DNA of 58,356 nt from Nanobdellota archaeon (GTDB lineage Archaea > Nanobdellota > Nanobdellia > Woesearchaeales > JAHWHD01), in NCBI GenBank assembly GCA_034722435.1, contig JAYENX010000058.1, forward strand, positions 1 to 58,356, in the 5' to 3' direction. Numbering within the stretch: position 1 is the first letter of the stretch; each line of letters begins with the position of its first letter. The translations under genes and the position numbers were made by a program. Positions 19,531 to 29,575 of the stretch are shown here, in pieces. The notes under the pieces were generated by a model, which worked only from the letters and a program-made list of their open reading frames with translations, had not been told where the DNA came from and made no database searches.

Positions 19531-20355
19531 ATGGCTGAAGAAGATTTAAAGAAAACAGAGGATACGAAAGAAGAAATCAGCGAGATTGAGTTAAAAAAAG
19601 CTGAAGAGAATACTAGCGAAGCAAAGACAGCAGGAGAAAAGAAACGAGAAATTGAAAATGAATCTTGGAAACCTATAACTGAACTAGGGAAGAAAGTTAA
19701 AGACGGCACTATAAATGATATAGATGAAATTCTTAATTTAGGTACAAAAATTAATGAACCTGAAATCATAGATTATCTTTTACCTGAAGCGGAAACTGAT
19801 CTTTTGTTGATAGGTCAATCAAAAGGTAAGTTTGGTGGAGGTCAAAGAAGAGTTTTTAGACAAACACAGAAGAAAACTTGTGAAGGTAATAAACCTAAAT
19901 TCTCAACATGTGCAATTGTTGGAAATAGAAATGGATACATAGGAATGGGGTATGGTAAAAGTAAAGAAACTGTACCTGCAAGAGAAAAAGCTTTTAGAAA
20001 CTCTAAAATGAATATTATGAAGATTAGAAGAGGTTGCGGATCATGGGAATGTGGTTGTGGTGCACCTCACACTATACCTTTTGCTATTGAAGGAAAATGC
20101 GGGTCTTCAAAAATTAAATTATTTCCTGCGCCAAAAGGAACAGGTCTAAAAATAGAAAAAGAGTGCGGTAAAATTCTTAAGATGGCTGGAATCGAAGATA
20201 TTTGGTCTAAAACATCAGGAAGTACCACAAAAGTTAATCTAATAAAATCTTGTATTGACGCTATCAAAAATCTAACTCAGACAAAAATAAAATCTGAAGA
20301 TATCAAAAGATTAGGTATTATTGAAGGTCGATATACTGGAGAAGAAAATGAGTGA
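19531..20355 (+). CDS. rps5: 30S ribosomal protein uS5
   Basis: RRGCGSWECGC, PAPKGTGL; acidic N-terminal extension. Confidence 0.98.
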   Translation: MAEEDLKKTEDTKEEISEIELKKAEENTSEAKTAGEKKREIENESWKPITELGKKVKDGTINDIDEILNLGTKINEPEIIDYLLPEAETDLLLIGQSKGKFGGGQRRVFRQTQKKTCEGNKPKFSTCAIVGNRNGYIGMGYGKSKETVPAREKAFRNSKMNIMKIRRGCGSWECGCGAPHTIPFAIEGKCGSSKIKLFPAPKGTGLKIEKECGKILKMAGIEDIWSKTSGSTTKVNLIKSCIDAIKNLTQTKIKSEDIKRLGIIEGRYTGEENE

Positions 20356-20749
20356 AGAAACTAATAAAGGAAATCTTGTACTGATAAGAGTCAGAGGTCT
20401 TACAGGTGTTAAAAAAGTAATTGGAGATGCTATGCTCATGCTAAGATTGTACAGAAAGAACTATTGTGTAATAATTCCTAATAACAAAACTAATAGGGGC
20501 ATGTGTCAAAAAATTAAAGATTTTATAACTTGGGGAGAAATTGATGAAGAAACAACCAAGTTACTCAAGGATAATAGAACAAGAAAAACAAAAGATAAAC
20601 AAGGAAAAGAGATAGAAAAAAAATTCTATGCACTTCATCCACCTAGAAAAGGTTTTGAAAGAAAAGGCATCAAAGTAAGTTTTAATATTGGTGGAGCTCT
20701 AGGTTATCGTGGAGAAAAAATTAATGAACTTATCAAGAGAATGATCTAA
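20348..20749 (+). CDS. rpl30: 50S ribosomal protein uL30
   Basis: IRVRG, ITWGE, LHPPRKGF, INELIKRM. Confidence 0.97.
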   Translation: MSEETNKGNLVLIRVRGLTGVKKVIGDAMLMLRLYRKNYCVIIPNNKTNRGMCQKIKDFITWGEIDEETTKLLKDNRTRKTKDKQGKEIEKKFYALHPPRKGFERKGIKVSFNIGGALGYRGEKINELIKRMI

Positions 20750-20750
20750 A

Positions 20751-21266
20751 ATGGTTACTAATAGAAGAAAGAAAAAGATTAAATTTCGGGCTACCAGAAG
20801 TCATGGCTGCGGATCGCACAAAAAGAATAGGGGTGCTGGCGGAAGAGGTGGAAGAGGACGTGCAGGAACAGGTAAAAGGGGCGACTCTAATAAGCCAAAG
20901 ATTTGGGGCGATAAAAAGTATTTTGGAAAGTATGGTTTCAAATATAAAGGTAGTAACGAAGTAAACTCAGTTAATCTTAAGTTTATTGAAGATAAGTTCA
21001 ATACATTGTTAGATGATAAAAAGATTTCAGAAAACAAAGGAATTTATGAAATTGATGTTACAAAGCTGGGTTTTGATAAAGTTTTAGGATATGGTAAATT
21101 ATCCAGAAAATACAAAATTCAAGCTCGTAGTTTCTCAAAAGATGCTATCGAGAAACTTAAGGCTGCAGGCGGAGAAGCAGTTATTTTAAAAACTGAAACC
21201 GTCCAGGTTGAAGAAGTTAAAGAACCTAAACAGGAATCTAAAACTGAAGCTCAACCAAAAAAATAA
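20751..21266 (+). CDS. rpl15: 50S ribosomal protein uL15
   Basis: GAGGRGGRGRAGTGK, KVLGYG, AAGG. Confidence 0.98.
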   Translation: MVTNRRKKKIKFRATRSHGCGSHKKNRGAGGRGGRGRAGTGKRGDSNKPKIWGDKKYFGKYGFKYKGSNEVNSVNLKFIEDKFNTLLDDKKISENKGIYEIDVTKLGFDKVLGYGKLSRKYKIQARSFSKDAIEKLKAAGGEAVILKTETVQVEEVKEPKQESKTEAQPKK

Positions 21267-21276
21267 GAGGTAGACT

Positions 21277-22674
21277 ATGTCTGTTTTGAAAAACATAATT
21301 ATGAACTTGCCAGAAGTTGCAGGTCCAAAAGAAAAAAGACTTTCTTTTAAACAAAAACTTAAATGGACTCTATTGATATTAGTTATTTTCTTTTCACTCG
21401 GGATGGTAAAGTTATTTGGATTAGACCCTGCAAGTGCTTTCCAGTTTGAACAATTCGCAGTTATTCTAGGTGCACAATTTGGAACCTTGCTTTCATTAGG
21501 TATCGGACCAATCGTAACTGCGTCCATTGTTTTACAACTATTGAATGGATCAGGAATTGTGAAATTTGACATGACTACACCGGAAGGTAAGAGAACATTT
21601 CAAGGAATTCAAAAGCTTATGGCATTCGGATTTATTATATTTGAAGCGATTATATTTGTTTTCATGGGGGGTTTGTTACCACCCGTACAATATGCAGGAA
21701 CAGTGCATTACTTTCAATTGCAACTATTAATTGCATTCCAGCTTATGCTCGGAGGTATTTTAATATTGTATATGGACGAAGTTATCACTAAATGGGGTTT
21801 TGGTTCAGGAGTTTCTTTGTTTATTGCTGCAAATGTTGCACAAAGTCTTTTCATAAGAATGTTAAGTCCGTTAGCAGCAACCGTGGGAGGTCCACCAATT
21901 GGGGCAATACCTGCCATATTACACTTTTTGCCATTAGGTGCCATAACTGAAGTTATACAAGCTTTAGCAGGAATAATTGCTACAATACTTGTCTTTGTAA
22001 TAGCAGTATATGGTCAAGCCATGAAGGTTGAGATTCCTTTATCTTTTGGACGAGTAAGAGGTCATGGAGTGAGATGGCCATTGAGTTTTATTTATACTTC
22101 AAATATTCCCGTAATTCTTATTGCAGCTCTTTTAGCTAATGTTCAACTTTTTGGAAGGATACTTGAAAATTGGGGTCATCCTATTCTTGGAACGTTTGCA
22201 GGTAATAGTCCCAGCACAGGTTTAGTAGCATGGGTAACAGCTCCAAGACTGGTTCCTGAATTAATTAATCAAGGAACATTTTTATTAGGAATAGAACCAT
22301 ATTTACATACTATAATTTACATGCTCATTATGATTGGCGGGTCAGTCGTATTTAGTATTTTCTGGGTACAAACCTCTGGAATGGATGCAAGGAGTCAAGC
22401 TAAACAAATGATGGCTTCAGGTCTACAAATACCAGGTTTTAGAAAAGATCAAAGAGTTCTTGAAAGATTATTAAATAGATATATTTGGCCTTTAACAGTA
22501 ATGGGTGCAATTACAGTAGGGTTTCTGGCGTCATTAGCGGACATCTCAGGAGCTTTAACTAGCGGTACAGGTTTATTACTGGCAGTTATGATTATCTATA
22601 AATTGTATGAAGAGATTGCTAAACAACATATGTATGATATGCATCCAATGATGCGAAAGTTCATGGAACAATAA
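21277..22674 (+). CDS. secY: Preprotein translocase subunit SecY
   Basis: LGIGPIVTASIVLQLL, WGFGSGVSLFI, YTSNIPVIL, SGTGLLLAV. Confidence 0.99.
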   Translation: MSVLKNIIMNLPEVAGPKEKRLSFKQKLKWTLLILVIFFSLGMVKLFGLDPASAFQFEQFAVILGAQFGTLLSLGIGPIVTASIVLQLLNGSGIVKFDMTTPEGKRTFQGIQKLMAFGFIIFEAIIFVFMGGLLPPVQYAGTVHYFQLQLLIAFQLMLGGILILYMDEVITKWGFGSGVSLFIAANVAQSLFIRMLSPLAATVGGPPIGAIPAILHFLPLGAITEVIQALAGIIATILVFVIAVYGQAMKVEIPLSFGRVRGHGVRWPLSFIYTSNIPVILIAALLANVQLFGRILENWGHPILGTFAGNSPSTGLVAWVTAPRLVPELINQGTFLLGIEPYLHTIIYMLIMIGGSVVFSIFWVQTSGMDARSQAKQMMASGLQIPGFRKDQRVLERLLNRYIWPLTVMGAITVGFLASLADISGALTSGTGLLLAVMIIYKLYEEIAKQHMYDMHPMMRKFMEQ

Positions 22675-22675
22675 A

Positions 22676-23428
22676 ATGGTAGTTTACGAAGGATTAAATT
22701 TTATATTGGACCCAGTATTTTCTCCATTACTTAGATTGGGCACAGCTAGTGCTTTGTTAATTATAACTATTATTCTTGCTTTTTTAATGACTGTCATCTA
22801 TAAATACACTACAAATCAAAGTCTGATGAAAGATCTCAAGGACGAACTAAAAACTTTCCAAAAACAAATGAAAGAACTTAGAAGTAATCCAGGGGAAATG
22901 ATGAAAGTACAGAAAAAAGCTATGGAAACTAATATGAAGTATATGATGCATTCATTTAGGTCTACAATCTTTACATTCATACCTATAATTTTAATTTTTT
23001 CTTGGTTACATGGAAATCTTGCATACTTACCTATAATGCCGGGAGAACAATTTACAACAACTATGCACTTTAATGACGGTGTATTTGGAAATGTAGAATT
23101 AGGTATACCAGATGGTCTTCAATTATTAAGTGAAAAAAGTCTTCAAATAGAAGATAATAGCGCCGTATGGATTCTTAAAGGGGATGAAGGAAAATATACC
23201 TTAGATTACACGTTAGGTGAGAAAATATATAGCAAAGAAGTTTTAATTACCACGGAACAGGCATACGAAATTCCTGATAAATTGATTAAAAAAGATCCTA
23301 ATGTTAGTACAATATCCATCAATAATGAAAAACTTAAAGTTTTTTTAGGGATGGGTTGGTTTTGGACCTATATCATATTTTCAATAGTATTTTCAATGAT
23401 ATTCAGGAAACTATTTAAAGTGTATTAA
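22676..23428 (+). CDS. DUF106 / EMC3-TMCO1-Get1 (Oxa1 superfamily) membrane insertase with soluble insert
   Basis: TM1, coiled coil (MKDLKDELKTFQKQMKE), TM2, about 100-aa beta-rich insert, then GWFWTYIIFS; position after secY. Confidence 0.88.
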   Translation: MVVYEGLNFILDPVFSPLLRLGTASALLIITIILAFLMTVIYKYTTNQSLMKDLKDELKTFQKQMKELRSNPGEMMKVQKKAMETNMKYMMHSFRSTIFTFIPIILIFSWLHGNLAYLPIMPGEQFTTTMHFNDGVFGNVELGIPDGLQLLSEKSLQIEDNSAVWILKGDEGKYTLDYTLGEKIYSKEVLITTEQAYEIPDKLIKKDPNVSTISINNEKLKVFLGMGWFWTYIIFSIVFSMIFRKLFKVY

Positions 23429-23441
23429 AAGATTCGTAAGT

Positions 23442-23449
23442 TTTATAAA
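23442..23449 (+). promoter_or_regulatory. Internal TATA box for a leaderless eL34 transcript
   Basis: TTTATAAA 22 nt upstream of ATG 23472. Confidence 0.7.
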
Positions 23450-23471
23450 CAAACTAAAAATTCATAATAAC

Positions 23472-23738
23472 ATGCCAGCAGGAAGACACAAATCAAGGAC
23501 TTTAAGGAGGGTGTTTGTAAAGACACCTGGCGGAAAAACTACGTTGCACTATAAAAAACGTAAACCGAGTAAAGCTCAGTGTGGTAAATGTGGAAAGATT
23601 CTCGCTGGAGTTCCAAGAGAGCGACCTCATAAGATGCAAAACTTGGCAAAAACTAAAAAAAGGCCTGAAAGACCATACGGTGGCGTTTTATGCTCTGCGT
23701 GTTCTAGAGTTCTAATTAAGACAAAGGCAAGAAGTTAA
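23472..23738 (+). CDS. rpl34e: 50S ribosomal protein eL34
   Basis: KTPGG, CGKCG, RPERPYGGVLCSAC. Confidence 0.98.
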   Translation: MPAGRHKSRTLRRVFVKTPGGKTTLHYKKRKPSKAQCGKCGKILAGVPRERPHKMQNLAKTKKRPERPYGGVLCSACSRVLIKTKARS

Positions 23739-23793
23739 ATCTCTTAGATAGGTTGGTGACACTATCTTAAAATGAGAGACAGGAGGGATTAAA

Positions 23794-24225
23794 ATGATTG
23801 AAATCGGAAGATTATGTGTTAAAATAGCTGGAAGAGATTCTAATAAAAAATGTGTTATTATAGATTTGCTTGAAAATAATTTCGTTCTAATAGATGGGGA
23901 AACAAGAAGAAAGAAGTGTAATATAATGCACCTAGAACCATTAAATCAAGTTTTGGATATTGCTAAAGACACTTCTCATGAAGAAGTAATCAAAGCTTTT
24001 GAAAAAATTGGATTGAAAGCAAAAGTTACAAGACCTAAAGATAAGAAAGAAAAACCCATCCAGATCCGTGGAAAAAAGAAACTTGCTAAGCAAGAAACTA
24101 AGACAGCTAAAAAAGATAAGAAAAAAGAAGAAAAAAAGAAAGCTAAAGACGAGAAGAAAAAAGAGAAATCAGAAAATAAAACTGTCAAAAAAGAGTTAAA
24201 AGCGGAAGATAAAGAAACAAAATAA
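23794..24225 (+). CDS. rpl14e: 50S ribosomal protein eL14 with Lys-rich tail
   Basis: IEIGRLCVKIAGRD, RRKKCNIMHLEP. Confidence 0.97.
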   Translation: MIEIGRLCVKIAGRDSNKKCVIIDLLENNFVLIDGETRRKKCNIMHLEPLNQVLDIAKDTSHEEVIKAFEKIGLKAKVTRPKDKKEKPIQIRGKKKLAKQETKTAKKDKKKEEKKKAKDEKKKEKSENKTVKKELKAEDKETK

Positions 24226-24226
24226 T

Positions 24227-25876
24227 TTATTTTTTTATTAATTTAAATAGTTCTGTTAAATTTAGTTCAAATGCAGCTGTAGGCATCTCAATTTCCCAGT
24301 TTGATATTACTCCAGGAGAAAGTTCGCCAATATAAGCTATACTAGTTCCGTCGATATTAACCCGTGCACATCTTCCAGGAATAAAAGAAGGATGATCTTC
24401 TGATTTAAATTTAGGTTTTAAGTCCAAACATTGCATAAGATAATCGAATATTTGTCTTATTTTTGTATAATTAGAATCTATTCCCGATAATGCAACAGCT
24501 ATACGAGTGAATTCTTCAATATTGGTTTCATTTTTTGTATTCTCTTTAAATGCAGTACCAATAGTGAAAATATTCTGAGGATACTCATAATGTTTATTCT
24601 CTTGAAATATTTGCATTAAAGATGGTAATATCCAAGATCTAAGGACGCTGTAATCTATAGTTAATGCATTAGATAGTTTGACCACTGGAGCATCCAAGTT
24701 CATTTTATTATTAAGATTATTTTGATTTGTAATATGATAAGTTTCACATTCTAAAAGATTTAAACCTGCAATAAGTTCTGCAATATATCTTTTAAATATT
24801 TCAAATTTATCCTCTTCGCCTATTGTTGAAACATTAGGTATCTCGGGTTGAAAATTCTCATAACCATATGCAATAGCTATATCTTCGACAAAATCAACCT
24901 GGTGCATTATATCTGCACGATAGGCAGGAACTAAAACTTTATCTTTCTCATAACCAAAGCCCATCTTTTCAAGTAAGTTTTTTATTTCTATTTCTTTTAA
25001 ATCCAGACCGAGCATCTTATTGATAAATTTAAGATCTATGGGCCATTTTTGAGGATGTAAATCGGGAGTAATAATGGGTTTATCGTATTTTACTTTTGTT
25101 TCATAAATTTCCCCGCCCATATCTGAAAGTGCGGTCACTATAATGTTCAAACAAGTCTTTAAAGTCTCTATTTCAAAACCAGAACATTCAATAAATACAT
25201 CTTTCGTAGACTCGCCAACCTTTCCAGTCTTATGAGAGTTAATAATAGGCGGCATGGATAAGATTTCATTATTAGCATCTATAAATAAAGGAAATTTATC
25301 TTTGTCTTCTAATAAATGACCGTATTCTCGGCCTGCAGGATGTTGTGAAAGTATTTTGAGTCCTGTCATTTCTTTAGAAGATTCTAATGGTTGAAACTTA
25401 ATATCTTTAGGATTTTTTGCAAGGTATTGTATAGGAAATTTTATTGATTCCATAGGATAAATGCCTATTGCACCCTTTTTTCTTTTTCTAAGTAAAGTTA
25501 TATGAAGCTTTTCTTGAATCTGAATAATTTCTCTTATTTTCTCATCGTCAAACTTAAGATTTTTTACAACTGCACAAACAGTATATGGTCTTATTTTATT
25601 CACCGATTTTTCAACAATGACTTCATAATCTGATTTTTTAACATCGTATCTCTTCAAACCAACTTTTACACCTATAAAGCTTGAGAACGCTCTTGCAAAA
25701 CCTTGTTCAGAAAGCATATCGGGCCTATTAGGGAAAACTTCTACGACAATCTCGTTACCTTCAATCTTTTCAAGATCTGTACCAAGCATACTAATTCGAT
25801 CTTTCAATTTTTCAAGAGGTAATTTTTTACCTACTAATTTTTCAAAAACTTGTTTATTTAGTGTTACTGTCGGCAT
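24227..25876 (-). CDS. pheT: Phenylalanine-tRNA ligase beta subunit (archaeal type)
   Basis: NRPDMLS, QEKLH, SMPPIINS, PAYRADI...EDIAIAYGY. Confidence 0.98.
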   Translation of the reverse strand: MPTVTLNKQVFEKLVGKKLPLEKLKDRISMLGTDLEKIEGNEIVVEVFPNRPDMLSEQGFARAFSSFIGVKVGLKRYDVKKSDYEVIVEKSVNKIRPYTVCAVVKNLKFDDEKIREIIQIQEKLHITLLRKRKKGAIGIYPMESIKFPIQYLAKNPKDIKFQPLESSKEMTGLKILSQHPAGREYGHLLEDKDKFPLFIDANNEILSMPPIINSHKTGKVGESTKDVFIECSGFEIETLKTCLNIIVTALSDMGGEIYETKVKYDKPIITPDLHPQKWPIDLKFINKMLGLDLKEIEIKNLLEKMGFGYEKDKVLVPAYRADIMHQVDFVEDIAIAYGYENFQPEIPNVSTIGEEDKFEIFKRYIAELIAGLNLLECETYHITNQNNLNNKMNLDAPVVKLSNALTIDYSVLRSWILPSLMQIFQENKHYEYPQNIFTIGTAFKENTKNETNIEEFTRIAVALSGIDSNYTKIRQIFDYLMQCLDLKPKFKSEDHPSFIPGRCARVNIDGTSIAYIGELSPGVISNWEIEMPTAAFELNLTELFKLIKK

Positions 25877-25877
25877 T

Positions 25878-27401
25878 TTATTTCAACCAATATTTTATTT
25901 CTCTTAATTGTTTTAAATCGTTTTTATATAATTCTCTTATATCATTAATTTTGAAATATTCAAGAATAATTCTATCAAAACCGGGTCCCCATGCAAGAAT
26001 CGGAACGAATTTTCCAAGTAAAGGTTCAACCACTTCAGGTCTAAAGATGCCCGCCCCGCCTAACTCCATCCAAGTTTCACGTACAGGGTGCCAGACATCG
26101 ATTTCGACGCTAGGTTCAGTATAAGGGAAGTGTGCAGGTCTGAATCGTGCATCAGGAAATCCCATTTGTTTGAAAAATTGTTTAAGGTATCCGAGAAGAT
26201 GTCTAAAGTTAGCATTAGGATCAATGACTATTCCTTCTGTTTGATTAAATTCGAATAAATGTGACCAATCCATTGTTTCATTCCTAAAACATCGTCCAAG
26301 AGCAAAAAACTTTGCAGGAAGGTCAGATTCTTTTAGCATCGCAATTGTTTGTGCACTAAGTACAGTTGTATGAGTTCTTAATACATTTTTTTTTGCAGGA
26401 TCAGGTTGCCAAGAATAACGCCAACCTATACTTCCCGAACTTCCAGATTCGTGGGATTTTTTAACCTTATTAACCATTTTCTTATTTGGAAGATTACCTT
26501 TAACATCCACAAAGAAAGTGTCTTGCATTTCTCTAACAGGATGATCTTGAGCAGTGAATAAAGAATCAAAATTCCAAAAACTAGTATTAACGAAAGTTCC
26601 GGTCATTTCTTTAAAACCCATATTAAGCCAGATTTTTTTAGCATAGTCTGTTGCAACTTTCACAAAATGTCGTTTCCCTCCTGAAACTTTAGGAACATTA
26701 ATCTCAACATCATAACGTCTGAAAGATTTATTTTTCCATGAACCGGAAGAAAGCATTTTAGGAGTGAGCGAATCTATAACTTTTGTATCGATTTTTTCTT
26801 TTGAAAGTTTATTCCCTAAATTTGTTAAAATAGCTGTTTTTGTTTTAATTAAATCTACTTTAACAATATCTTTTCTTGACTTAAGATTATCGTAAGCGAA
26901 TTTCTCTTCAGGTGATAAAGATGATTCTTCTTTTGGTAAAGACTTTAATAGTTTTTCCTCAAAAGTCTGTTTAGAAAGTAATTTTTTACCCGGAGGAGTA
27001 ATTGAAATTAATAAATTTTTATCTTCTTTTTTAATATCTATTGCAGCTTTCTTTTTTAATATACCAATACAGATGTTAACTTCAGATTTATCTATAGAAG
27101 ATTTCTTAATAATTTCATTAATCTTTTGAGGATTTTCTGAAAGTGATTTCAAGAAACGTAATTCAGGAAGTCCTTGATCTAAATATTTATGACCATTTTT
27201 ATCTAAATCGACTACTTTTTGTATATCTTCTTTAAGGTTTATAGCGTTTTTATTCTGTAACCATTGAAGCGCTCTCATAACCTCGACATCTTTCAATCCT
27301 GAATGTTTAACAAGCTGGTTAAAATCTGAATATTTAGAGAGAAGAGGGACTACTTTTCTTTCTAAAGGATGCAATGTCTGAGCTAGCTTTTTGATATCCA
27401 T
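25878..27401 (-). CDS. pheS: Phenylalanine-tRNA ligase alpha subunit (archaeal type)
   Basis: WNFDSLF.AQDHP.REMQDTF, LRTHTT, FPYTEPS, WMELGGAG. Confidence 0.98.
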   Translation of the reverse strand: MDIKKLAQTLHPLERKVVPLLSKYSDFNQLVKHSGLKDVEVMRALQWLQNKNAINLKEDIQKVVDLDKNGHKYLDQGLPELRFLKSLSENPQKINEIIKKSSIDKSEVNICIGILKKKAAIDIKKEDKNLLISITPPGKKLLSKQTFEEKLLKSLPKEESSLSPEEKFAYDNLKSRKDIVKVDLIKTKTAILTNLGNKLSKEKIDTKVIDSLTPKMLSSGSWKNKSFRRYDVEINVPKVSGGKRHFVKVATDYAKKIWLNMGFKEMTGTFVNTSFWNFDSLFTAQDHPVREMQDTFFVDVKGNLPNKKMVNKVKKSHESGSSGSIGWRYSWQPDPAKKNVLRTHTTVLSAQTIAMLKESDLPAKFFALGRCFRNETMDWSHLFEFNQTEGIVIDPNANFRHLLGYLKQFFKQMGFPDARFRPAHFPYTEPSVEIDVWHPVRETWMELGGAGIFRPEVVEPLLGKFVPILAWGPGFDRIILEYFKINDIRELYKNDLKQLREIKYWLK

Positions 27402-27463
27402 TTTACAGAGTTGAAACTGAAGTTAGTTTAAAAATGTTTTGAAATAAAAGAAAAAGAAAAAGT

Positions 27464-28270
27464 TTATTTTGGAACTTTCATATCTTTCCAAGCAAGATTA
27501 AACATGTTTTCCATTGCTTTTGCGAAATAAGGAGTATTTACCCAAATACTAACATCATAAGTAGGATGTACATCCTTATCGTCTAGTACCATGAAAACAA
27601 GTTCTTTGCCGTCAACAATCGTAAACCTTGCATTAATGTCCTTAACATTTCTTACTTCTGCAAGACCTGCAATTTCTTTAACAGAGTTCTTAGATTCTTT
27701 TGTCATAGGTGCTGCGATTCTGATTTTAACACCTTTTTTCTTAAGCTTTTCAAATACAGGTTTGAGAGCTTCAACCTTTCGCATAAATCCGCGAGCAGTT
27801 GTCATAAGAGTTACAGACTTTTCTGCGTTTTTCACAGTAAACTCAAGATGGTTATACAAATTATGTCTTCCCCTCAAGCTACCTGAAAGATCTGACGGTT
27901 CTACAAGTTCAATACCTTGGCTGTGTAATGTGTTAAGTTCGCCAATCACATCAGTTTTCTTAAGTTCATCTAAACGTTTTATTTTATAATCTGCATCTTC
28001 TCGCATGTTCTTCTTAACTCGTTCAAGAACTTCTTTTGGAGGAACAGCAATATACTTAATAGGTTTACCAAGTTTCATAAGAACGAAACCTTTTTTCTCT
28101 AAACTTTCTAAGACGTCATAACTTCTAGAACGAGGAACATTTGCAATATCTGATAGCTCGCCAGCAGTTGATACACCTCTTGAAAGAAGAGCAGTCCATA
28201 TTTTTACTTCATATAAATTTAAAGAGAAATATCTTCTTAACTTGCTTAAAAATTCTTCTTTAACAATCAT
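27464..28270 (-). CDS. TrmB-family transcriptional regulator / chromatin protein (paralog 1)
   Basis: YEVKIWTALL.RG..TAGELSDIANVPRSRSYDVLESLEKKGF winged HTH, plus a PLD-like C-terminal domain. Confidence 0.92.
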   Translation of the reverse strand: MIVKEEFLSKLRRYFSLNLYEVKIWTALLSRGVSTAGELSDIANVPRSRSYDVLESLEKKGFVLMKLGKPIKYIAVPPKEVLERVKKNMREDADYKIKRLDELKKTDVIGELNTLHSQGIELVEPSDLSGSLRGRHNLYNHLEFTVKNAEKSVTLMTTARGFMRKVEALKPVFEKLKKKGVKIRIAAPMTKESKNSVKEIAGLAEVRNVKDINARFTIVDGKELVFMVLDDKDVHPTYDVSIWVNTPYFAKAMENMFNLAWKDMKVPK

Positions 28271-28448
28271 TTGAATTACCCCCTTTTTGACATACTTAAA
28301 TAAATATTAATCCAGTACCACTGTCAACATGTTACTGTTTTTTACCCCACTACAGTACTTTCAAATTCAAAAATTAATAAAAAATAAATGAGAACTAGTA
28401 TAAAAACCTTTTTGTTTGTTATATGAAAAGATTTTAGAGGAGAAGTTG

Positions 28449-29507
28449 TTAAATCTTATAACGAATCATTGCAGCAATTCCACCTAAACCTTGTAATTTT
28501 TTTCCTGCATCGTGTTCAGTTGAAATTATATGGACATCACCTTTCAAAGATTCTACGGTTTGTAATAATTTTTCAAGTTCATCATATTGATTGTTTTCCC
28601 TAACGTCTTTAATGTATGCATCTGTTACCAAAATAGTTTTGATAGAACCAAGATTGGCTGCTTCCGTACTTTCCTTTTTTCCATAGACTACGAGCCCATC
28701 TACCGAAAGCTCCTTAAGAAGTCCTTCAACAAGATTTACTTCTTTAGCAATCCTGTCCTTCTTAAGAACAGTCTGCGCTTCAGGACGTCGAAGAATCTCG
28801 TTAATAGCAGTTTCGGAAACAGATGAACAACTAGCAAGAACCATTTTCTTTTTTAAATTTGGATCCTTCATAACTTTCATGAGGTCCTCTTTCCAAAATG
28901 CAGGAGAGGCAAGAATTATGTTTGAAACTTTATAACGTATAGAATATTCTGTAAGTAATTTTATAATATCTTCATAAAACGAACCTTTTGGTTTAACCCT
29001 TTCATCTTTCTTTTGAACGTCACCAGAAAAAGAGGAAAGTACTTCGTAACCGTATTTTTTTGATAATGCGAAATATGCGTCTTCCCTATCAAAAACACAA
29101 ATTAAAATAGGGGGAGTTTTAATTTCAAAGGATTCTTTGAGTTTCTCAATCTGAAATTTTAGCCAACGCTCTTTAATGATGGTAAGTATCGAATTAGGTT
29201 CAATATTAAAAGTGTGATAACTGCCAAAAGGAATATTGTCGGGGCCAGCAGTTATTTTTCCTGAAATTCTTAATATATTAGAATAATTATGGAATTCAAT
29301 TTTTTCAACTTTAAGTGCAAGAAACACTTTTTTTTTTGAAATTTTTGAAGATCTTTCTCCTTCCTTGCCAATTTTTACTTTTCTAACGGTTTTGCCTTTA
29401 ACCAGATCCCCAGCATCTATTATGTTAGCAAGATACCATAAATCGTCAAGAGTTTCAATCTGGAGCTTAACTTCGCCTTTTTTCAAGTTAAGAGCTATAC
29501 GTTTCAT
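28449..29507 (-). CDS. pelA: Pelota/Dom34 ribosome rescue factor
   Basis: DDLWYL, LRISGKI, GSYHTFNIE, LQGLGGIAAMIRY. Confidence 0.97.
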   Translation of the reverse strand: MKRIALNLKKGEVKLQIETLDDLWYLANIIDAGDLVKGKTVRKVKIGKEGERSSKISKKKVFLALKVEKIEFHNYSNILRISGKITAGPDNIPFGSYHTFNIEPNSILTIIKERWLKFQIEKLKESFEIKTPPILICVFDREDAYFALSKKYGYEVLSSFSGDVQKKDERVKPKGSFYEDIIKLLTEYSIRYKVSNIILASPAFWKEDLMKVMKDPNLKKKMVLASCSSVSETAINEILRRPEAQTVLKKDRIAKEVNLVEGLLKELSVDGLVVYGKKESTEAANLGSIKTILVTDAYIKDVRENNQYDELEKLLQTVESLKGDVHIISTEHDAGKKLQGLGGIAAMIRYKI

Positions 29508-29526
29508 GCACTAAAAAAGAAAAAGA

Positions 29527-29538
29527 TTTATATATAAA
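29527..29538. promoter_or_regulatory. Palindromic TATA element shared by divergent pelota and pilin-like genes
   Basis: TTTATATATAAA, a 12-bp palindrome. The minus-strand TATA is 23 nt from the pelota ATG; the plus gene has AGGTGAT before ATG 29576. Confidence 0.65.
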
Positions 29539-29575
29539 GGTATTTATTTTACTATTAAAAAATAGGTGATAATCC

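Noticed and set aside
28300-28365. TrmB-type TACT-N3-AGTA operator or structured leader upstream of trmB paralog 1 (CAGTACCACTG, TACTGT/ACAGTA; TACAGTA also at 58213)
   Set aside because: The spacing does not match the known palindrome, and 6-7 nt matches are expected by chance in AT-rich DNA.
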